A program made the translations under genes and the position numbers. A stretch of 64,000 nt of DNA. It comes from a virus. This document shows positions 57,858 to 64,000 of this stretch, one piece after another. Position 1 is the stretch's first letter, and every line of letters starts with the position of its first letter. Where the stretch lies: IMG/VR virus record IMGVR_UViG_3300020182_000012. The stretch is one strand, 5' to 3'. The notes below the pieces were generated by a model. That model was not told the origin of the DNA. It worked only from the letters and a program-made list of their open reading frames with translations, and ran no database searches.

Positions 57858-60800
57858 ATGGCACTAACATCCCCAGGCGTAGAAGTTACAATCATCGACG
57901 AAAGTAACTATCTTCCAGCCCCAACTAATTCAGTTCCGTTTATTCTTGTTGCAACAGCACAGAATAAAGTAAGCGGAGCAGGTGTTGGCGTAGCAGCCGG
58001 CACTACAGCAGCAAATGCAAACAAACCTTACTTGATCACTTCACAAAGAGATCTAGCAGCAACATTCGGTACACCGTTTTTCTACAGCACAAGTGCTGGT
58101 ACAAGTATTAATGGATACGAACTCAATGAATATGGGTTACTTGCTGCATACTCAGTTTTGGGTATTAGTAATAGAGCGTATGTACAAAGAGCAGACATTG
58201 ATCTGGCTGCATTAACTGCAACAACGACTCGCCCAACAGGTGACCCATCAGACGGTGCATATTGGTTAGACACTGGCACAACAGTCTGGGGTGCATTCCA
58301 GTGGAGCGATTCAACAGAAACATTCACTGCCAAGACTCCGATTGTTATCACTAACACAAGCGATCTTGCAGCCGGTATACCTCTTGATTCAATTGGTAGC
58401 ATCGGGGATTACGCAATTGTAACAACTAACAAAAACAATCCAATGTATTACAAAACTGCCGGTAACGCAGACAGTAGTCCAGCAGTGTCAGCTAATACAT
58501 GGGTACTAGTCGGTAGTGATGATTGGAAAAACAGTTGGCCTTCGATTACAAGCTCAACAACTAATCCAACACTAACAACGGCTCAGAGTATCTATATAAA
58601 TGACGTTGAAGTTACACTAAGCGGCACAACAGTTGCTGAATTAGCAGTAGATATTAACAACGCAGCCATTGCAGGTATTAGTGCCAACGTATCCAATGGT
58701 AAGTTAAACATCTATATCGATAGCAATGGTTCCAACGACGGGTCTACAGACGACGGCAATGGCATTGCTATGGTAGAAAACGGTAACAGTACAACTTTGC
58801 TTACAGAGCTAGGTATTACAGCACGACAGTATTATGCTCCTGTACTGCAAATGTCACCACACTACCAAAACCCAAGCTGGGCTGCAACAGGCACAGAACC
58901 GCATCCAACAGGAAGTGTTTGGGCAAAAACAACAAATGTTAATGCAGGTGCTAATATCGTTGTTAGAAAATATGACATTGCAACTGATACATTTATTACA
59001 CAAAACACTCCAGTATATGCAAGTGACCAAGCAGCACAAAAAGCTCTTGATCCATCAGGTGGCGGTAAAAATATTGTAATTGGTGCGCTATATGTAAGAA
59101 ATAATGTACAAGAAAATGATACATTTACTTACAAGGTGTTTGAACGTTATTCTACTGGTGCAACATTAATTACCGGTGATAATACGGCTCCAACGTTTAC
59201 TAGTGCAAATCAGTTTACTATTCAAGCTAGTGCTGCTAACAGTACAACAATGACTACCGCAGTAACAGCAACACTAGCTGGCACTACTGCAACAGATTTT
59301 GTAACAGCATTCCTTGCAGCCAATGTTGCAAATACAACTGCAAGAGTACTATCAACTGGTGCTGTTCAAATTGAGCACACTTTAGGCGGAAACATTACAC
59401 TTAAAGATACAACTGGCACTCCTGTAAGCGATGCTGGAATTAATTCAACTGTGCAAGGTGTAGACACTGGCAACAACAGTGATCTTTTACTAAGCGGATG
59501 GGAAGCACTTGGCGGCACTGACAGTTACACTAATAGTGCAACACCACCAAGCACTGACCCAGCAGACGGTACAAACTGGTATTACAGTGCAACTGACCAA
59601 GTTGACATCCTAGTTAACAGCGGCGGCGCTTGGAAAGGTTATCAAAATGTTTCAAGCGATCAACGTGGTTACAACCTAAGTACATGTTCGCCGAACGGTC
59701 CAATTGTTTCTGCAACTGCACCAACAAAGCAAAGTGACGACAGTGCACTAGTATATGGTGACTTGTGGGTGTCAACAGCAGACCTAGATAACTATCCAAC
59801 AATATATCGTTGGCAGTCGGTTAACAGTGTGGATCAATGGGTACTACTCGATAACACTGATCAAACAACACAAAATGGTATTGCATTCCTAGATGCACGT
59901 TGGGCCACTAATGGTACAACTGATCCAATCACAGGAGACATTCCGACAATCAAGAGCTTGCTAACAAGCGATTATCTTGACATTGACGCACCGGATGCTA
60001 CACTATATCCGGAAGGCATGTTGCTTTGGAATACTAGACGCAGTGGCTTTAATGTTAAGAGCTACGAAGTTAACTACTTCAATGCTGCTGATTTCCCAAA
60101 TGATGTGTTGCCAACTGAAAAAGCCGCTTGGGTAACAGCTAGTGGCAATCAAACTGATGGCTCTATGTATGCTGGCCGCAAGGCAGTAAGAGCAATGGTT
60201 GTTGCTGCACTGAAAGCTAGTATCGATGGTGCACAAGAACTTCGTGAAGAGCAAAGACAGTATAATTTGATTGCATGCCCAAACTACGAAGAGCTTGCAA
60301 GCAATATGATTGCACTAAACAACGAGCGTAACAACACAGCATTTGTTATCGGCGACACACCAATGCGTCTAGCAGATAACGCCACAGATATTGTCAATTG
60401 GGCAACCAACGCAAACGGCAACGGTCTGTCAGTAGCTGATCCATATTATGGTGTGTTCTATCCAAGTTGTCAAACAACTGACCTAAGTGGTCAAATAGTA
60501 GTTGCTCCTTCATCGCATATGATGTTGAGAACAGTTGTTCGCAGCGATGATGTTGCTTATCCTTGGTTAGCACCAGCTGGTACTCGCAGAGGCACAGTTG
60601 ATAATGCTAATGCACTTGGTTATGTAAACGCACAAACAGGCGCATTTACACAAACAGCAATTCGTCAGGGCCTACGTGATACATTGTACGAAAACAGTAT
60701 TAACCCGATTACATTTATTCCGGGCAGTGGTATACTTAACTATGGCAACAAGACAACATCTTCTGCAACTGCACTAGATAGAATTAATGTTGCAAGACTA

Positions 60801-61118
60801 GTAGCGTTTATCCGTGGTAGACTTGAAGTTATTGCTAAGGGCTTTGTATTTGAACCAAATGATAAACTCACAAGAGACGAAATTAAAAACTCAATCGAAA
60901 GTTTGATGATCGACTTGGTTGCAAAACGTGGTCTTTACGATTACTTGGTAGTATGTGATGAATCAAACAACACACCGGCTAGAATTGACAGAAACGAACT
61001 ATATGTTGATGTTGCAATTGAGCCAGTTAAAGCTGTTGAATTCATCTTTATTCCGGTTAGAATTAAGAACACAGGCGAGATTGCTGCTGGTAACGTAGCA
61101 TCCTCATCGGCTGTTTAA
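57858..61118 (+). CDS. Tail sheath protein, gp18-like
   Basis: SPGVEV..IDES; W.APAG..RG; INPI; DRINV.RL; FEPND; CDESNNTP..IDRNEL. Confidence 0.95.
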   Translation: MALTSPGVEVTIIDESNYLPAPTNSVPFILVATAQNKVSGAGVGVAAGTTAANANKPYLITSQRDLAATFGTPFFYSTSAGTSINGYELNEYGLLAAYSVLGISNRAYVQRADIDLAALTATTTRPTGDPSDGAYWLDTGTTVWGAFQWSDSTETFTAKTPIVITNTSDLAAGIPLDSIGSIGDYAIVTTNKNNPMYYKTAGNADSSPAVSANTWVLVGSDDWKNSWPSITSSTTNPTLTTAQSIYINDVEVTLSGTTVAELAVDINNAAIAGISANVSNGKLNIYIDSNGSNDGSTDDGNGIAMVENGNSTTLLTELGITARQYYAPVLQMSPHYQNPSWAATGTEPHPTGSVWAKTTNVNAGANIVVRKYDIATDTFITQNTPVYASDQAAQKALDPSGGGKNIVIGALYVRNNVQENDTFTYKVFERYSTGATLITGDNTAPTFTSANQFTIQASAANSTTMTTAVTATLAGTTATDFVTAFLAANVANTTARVLSTGAVQIEHTLGGNITLKDTTGTPVSDAGINSTVQGVDTGNNSDLLLSGWEALGGTDSYTNSATPPSTDPADGTNWYYSATDQVDILVNSGGAWKGYQNVSSDQRGYNLSTCSPNGPIVSATAPTKQSDDSALVYGDLWVSTADLDNYPTIYRWQSVNSVDQWVLLDNTDQTTQNGIAFLDARWATNGTTDPITGDIPTIKSLLTSDYLDIDAPDATLYPEGMLLWNTRRSGFNVKSYEVNYFNAADFPNDVLPTEKAAWVTASGNQTDGSMYAGRKAVRAMVVAALKASIDGAQELREEQRQYNLIACPNYEELASNMIALNNERNNTAFVIGDTPMRLADNATDIVNWATNANGNGLSVADPYYGVFYPSCQTTDLSGQIVVAPSSHMMLRTVVRSDDVAYPWLAPAGTRRGTVDNANALGYVNAQTGAFTQTAIRQGLRDTLYENSINPITFIPGSGILNYGNKTTSSATALDRINVARLVAFIRGRLEVIAKGFVFEPNDKLTRDEIKNSIESLMIDLVAKRGLYDYLVVCDESNNTPARIDRNELYVDVAIEPVKAVEFIFIPVRIKNTGEIAAGNVASSSAV

Positions 61119-61135
61119 TACTATTAAAATACATG

Positions 61136-61163
61136 AAAATGGAGCCTCGGTTCCATTTTCTTG
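61136..61163 (+). terminator. Terminator-like hairpin between sheath and tube genes
   Basis: GAAAATGGAGC-CTCG-GTTCCATTTTC. Confidence 0.6.
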
Positions 61164-61206
61164 TGACATAATTAAGATAAATAAGTACGTAATAGGAGAA
61201 TAAAGA

Positions 61207-61824
61207 ATGGCCGTATCATCGCTATCAAGAATGACAGTGCCTTTGGCTAGTGACCAGAGTAGTCCAACACAGGGACTGTTAATGCCTAAGCTAAAATACC
61301 GATTTAGAGTGGTATTTGAAAACTTAGGTGTGTCAACCCCAAGAACAGAGCTAACCAAACAGGTAATGGATTTCAACCGCCCTAGTGTGTCTTTTGAAGA
61401 AATCCCAATTGAAATTTACAACAGTAGAATGTACCTAGCTGGCAAGCATACTTGGGCCACAACAACTGCTAACTTCCGTGACGATGCTGGCGGTAACGTA
61501 AGCAAACTAATTGGCGAACAGCTACAGAAACAACTAGACTTCATGGAACAAGCTTCTGCAAGTTCTGGCATTGATTATAAATTCACTACACGTTGTGAAA
61601 TTCTTGATGGCGGAAACGGCACAAGTGAGCCAGTTGTACTAGAAACATGGGAAATGTATGGTTGCTTTATTACTGAAGCAAACTACGGTGATCTAAATTA
61701 TGGTTCAAATGAACCAGTAACTATTGGTATGACAATGCGTTTTGATAATGCTATACAAACACCAATTGGATCCGGTGTAGGTGCAGCCGTGGGTAGAACA
61801 CTAGGTGATGTAGTTTCCGGCTAA
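61207..61824 (+). CDS. Tail tube protein, gp19-like
   Basis: PKLKYRFRV, AGK..W, W...GC......G.L.Y; follows the sheath gene. Confidence 0.85.
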   Translation: MAVSSLSRMTVPLASDQSSPTQGLLMPKLKYRFRVVFENLGVSTPRTELTKQVMDFNRPSVSFEEIPIEIYNSRMYLAGKHTWATTTANFRDDAGGNVSKLIGEQLQKQLDFMEQASASSGIDYKFTTRCEILDGGNGTSEPVVLETWEMYGCFITEANYGDLNYGSNEPVTIGMTMRFDNAIQTPIGSGVGAAVGRTLGDVVSG

Positions 61825-61837
61825 TAAGGAGTAACTT

Positions 61838-63052
61838 ATGGCCTTTGGTGAAGATTTCTTAAAAGGATTTTTCGGTAACGATTTCCTTAAGGATTATACA
61901 CACGCAAGCAAGACATTTCGTAGCGATGGTTATGCTCTTGCACCGCGGCGTAAGTTCCTATATCATGTTGTATTCAATTTGAATGTGCAGCAAATACCTC
62001 AACTACGAAATGTTTTCCAAACACAAGATTTAAACAACCTAAGTTTGCTAGTTAAAGAAGTTAAGCTTCCTAGTTATAAATTTAGTGTTGATACCATGAA
62101 TCAATACAATAGAAAACGTAAAGTTCAAACTCAAATTGAATATGATCCTATTGTTTGTACAATGCACGATGATGCTAGCGATCTATCTCGTGCATTGTGG
62201 TACAACTATTATGCATACTATTACAAAGATGCTAGTCAGAAATATTTTGATGCCGCTGTTACCAATGGTAGTTTAGGACAAAATGCACAAGGAGTCGATC
62301 CTGGTGCAGCATATCCTTACAACTATCGAGATATTTACACGCAAGACAGAGAAATTAACGACTGGGGATATATAGGCGAAAGTTACACAGATGGTACCAG
62401 AGGCGGCAAACCACCGTTTTTTCGTGACATCACCGTGTTTGGTTTTGATCAGCACAAATGGGCAGCCTACACCCTTATTAATCCAATTATTACTTCGTTT
62501 GATCATGACACGTACAGTTATGCCGACGATGCTGGTATTATGCAAAATACTTTTACTTTTGAGTATGAAACAGTTAAATATTACAACGGAGCACTAACAG
62601 GCAGTAAACCAGATGGCGGCATACCATCATTTGCAAATCCAGGAAATTACGATGCAGTTACAAGCCCGTTAGCTCGTACAGGTAGTACGTCAAATATACT
62701 AGGCAACGGTGGGCTTATTGATGCAGCATCGGGTATTATAACTGATCTAAGTGCAGGCAATCTTGCCGGTGTTGTTGGCGCAATACAAGGAGCCGGCACT
62801 GCGTACCAAACATTTAAAGGCAAAGACTTGGCGAGTATACTCAAAACAGAATCAACTGCTATGCTAACAAGCACTATCAAATCTCAACTGCCGGGCATGA
62901 CACGTGGCGTGTTATTTCCCAATCAGGCTAATCAACCGAGTGCAGTAAACAGTCAAAATACTCCTGCAACATTGAAATCGGCTGACCCGATAAACATAAA
63001 CGGCCCGTCAACTATTCCAACACAAACTAATCCTACTGGAGGAATATACTAG
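61838..63052 (+). CDS. Tail-tube-like baseplate protein (gp54-like)
   Basis: VK...LP........NQYNRKR....Y.P....HDD; NP.I....HD...Y; YE. Confidence 0.6.
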   Translation: MAFGEDFLKGFFGNDFLKDYTHASKTFRSDGYALAPRRKFLYHVVFNLNVQQIPQLRNVFQTQDLNNLSLLVKEVKLPSYKFSVDTMNQYNRKRKVQTQIEYDPIVCTMHDDASDLSRALWYNYYAYYYKDASQKYFDAAVTNGSLGQNAQGVDPGAAYPYNYRDIYTQDREINDWGYIGESYTDGTRGGKPPFFRDITVFGFDQHKWAAYTLINPIITSFDHDTYSYADDAGIMQNTFTFEYETVKYYNGALTGSKPDGGIPSFANPGNYDAVTSPLARTGSTSNILGNGGLIDAASGIITDLSAGNLAGVVGAIQGAGTAYQTFKGKDLASILKTESTAMLTSTIKSQLPGMTRGVLFPNQANQPSAVNSQNTPATLKSADPININGPSTIPTQTNPTGGIY

Positions 63053-63053
63053 A

Positions 63054-63413
63054 ATGGCAACTGTAAACTATGTTAACCCAAACACAGATACAACCGTTAG
63101 AGTGTTTAATGATTTCTATGGACGTGAGCTTAACATTAACAGCAACGATTACGATGTTGTGTTTAGTTTTTTTACTTCTATATTTGCCGACGAAATGGCT
63201 GCTAGAAACTTTACATTAAATGTTTTTCAAATTGCACGTGACAGCAACACACCAGTTGAAACTATTCTCAATGACCTAAGCAACCAAAATCAAGTACAGA
63301 TTACTGCTACATTAGCATATTATCTTAACAACTTACGTAGTAATTCAACATTGTTGGGTATTTCAACTACTGCTACACCAAATCAATACGCTGCCCGCAA
63401 TATAGTTATATAG
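63054..63413 (+). CDS. Hypothetical tail-region protein
   Basis: 119-aa ORF in the operon; YLN..R...LLG. Confidence 0.55.
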   Translation: MATVNYVNPNTDTTVRVFNDFYGRELNINSNDYDVVFSFFTSIFADEMAARNFTLNVFQIARDSNTPVETILNDLSNQNQVQITATLAYYLNNLRSNSTLLGISTTATPNQYAARNIVI

Positions 63414-63420
63414 GTGACTA

Positions 63421-63861
63421 ATGGCCAATAACTATCAACAAGGCTATTACACAGTAATAAATCAATCTAAATATTCAGGCAAAGGCGTGCCTAAATATCG
63501 CAGCGGTTGGGAATTGGCTTTCATGCGTTTTTGTGACTCTAACGACAGTATTGTAAGTTGGGCAAGCGAGAGTCTTGCTATTCCTTATAGAAATCCACTT
63601 ACTGGAAAGCAATCACGCTATATTCCGGACTTTCTTATACAATACAAAAACAGGCACAATAAAGTCATAACTGAGTTAATTGAAATCAAGCCCAAGAAAC
63701 AAAGTATAATTGAAAGCAAAGCATCAAACAAAGAAAAAGCTGTTGTTGCTGTTAACTATGCCAAGTGGGCAGCGGCACAAGCATGGTGCAAACGAAGTGG
63801 TATTACTTTTAGAGTTATCACAGAGGATGATATTTTCCATCAAGGTAAAAAACGCCGGTAA
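63421..63861 (+). CDS. Head completion nuclease, gp4-like (TnsA-type)
   Basis: YRS.WE..FM..CD....W.SE...IPY, Y.PDF, EIKP, N.AKW.AA, F...TE. Confidence 0.88.
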   Translation: MANNYQQGYYTVINQSKYSGKGVPKYRSGWELAFMRFCDSNDSIVSWASESLAIPYRNPLTGKQSRYIPDFLIQYKNRHNKVITELIEIKPKKQSIIESKASNKEKAVVAVNYAKWAAAQAWCKRSGITFRVITEDDIFHQGKKRR

Positions 63862-63869
63862 GTATTTAC

Positions 63870-64000
63870 ATGGATAAAATTGACTTTTTTGGCGGATGCC
63901 AGGGCAACTTTTTAGAAGTTGTTATTGACATGTTTATATGTGGCAATAACACAATGGTTGGAAAACCATTGTTCAATGATAACGGTGCCTGCCATCAACA
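63870..64000 (+). CDS. Partial hypothetical ORF, truncated by the window edge
   Basis: MDKIDFFGGCQGNFLEVVIDMFICG...; preceded by a TAAGTA late-promoter-like box. Confidence 0.5.
   Translation, partial: MDKIDFFGGCQGNFLEVVIDMFICGNNTMVGKPLFNDNGACHQ

Noticed and set aside
1-64000. Genome-wide stop-codon reassignment
   Set aside because: Core genes are full length in the standard code, and TAG/TGA end genes at expected positions

Overview
This window is the virion morphogenesis region of a large T4-superfamily-like myophage, read in the standard genetic code. It encodes baseplate genes (gp6, gp25, gp5, gp53, gp26 and an SLT-fused gp48-like protein), a gp55-like late sigma factor, gp47/gp46, a tape-measure-like gene, portal, protease, scaffold, major capsid, a tail-fibre cluster, neck genes gp13/14/15, sheath gp18, tube gp19 and gp4. 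Accessory genes are interleaved: a radical SAM enzyme, glycan-modifying-like enzymes, an aminoacyl-transferase-like gene, NUDIX, an exonuclease and a dNMP kinase. All calls come from motif recognition by eye; no searches were run. Four unannotated signals stand out. (1) A ~400-nt densely base-paired, pseudoknotted non-coding element lies directly downstream of a short GIY-YIG nuclease (19199-19742) and is a candidate large ncRNA. (2) A T_TTT_TTC slippery site would fuse the gp26-like gene by -1 frameshift to an unannotated downstream ORF next to the tape-measure gene, like lambda G/GT. (3) A pseudoknotted leader abuts the Shine-Dalgarno of a virion gene (32432-32505). (4) A bipartite late-promoter motif, TACCCGTTTT-N8/9-ATAA(A/G)TA, precedes three baseplate genes. 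I saw no tRNA, CRISPR array, integrase or reverse transcriptase.
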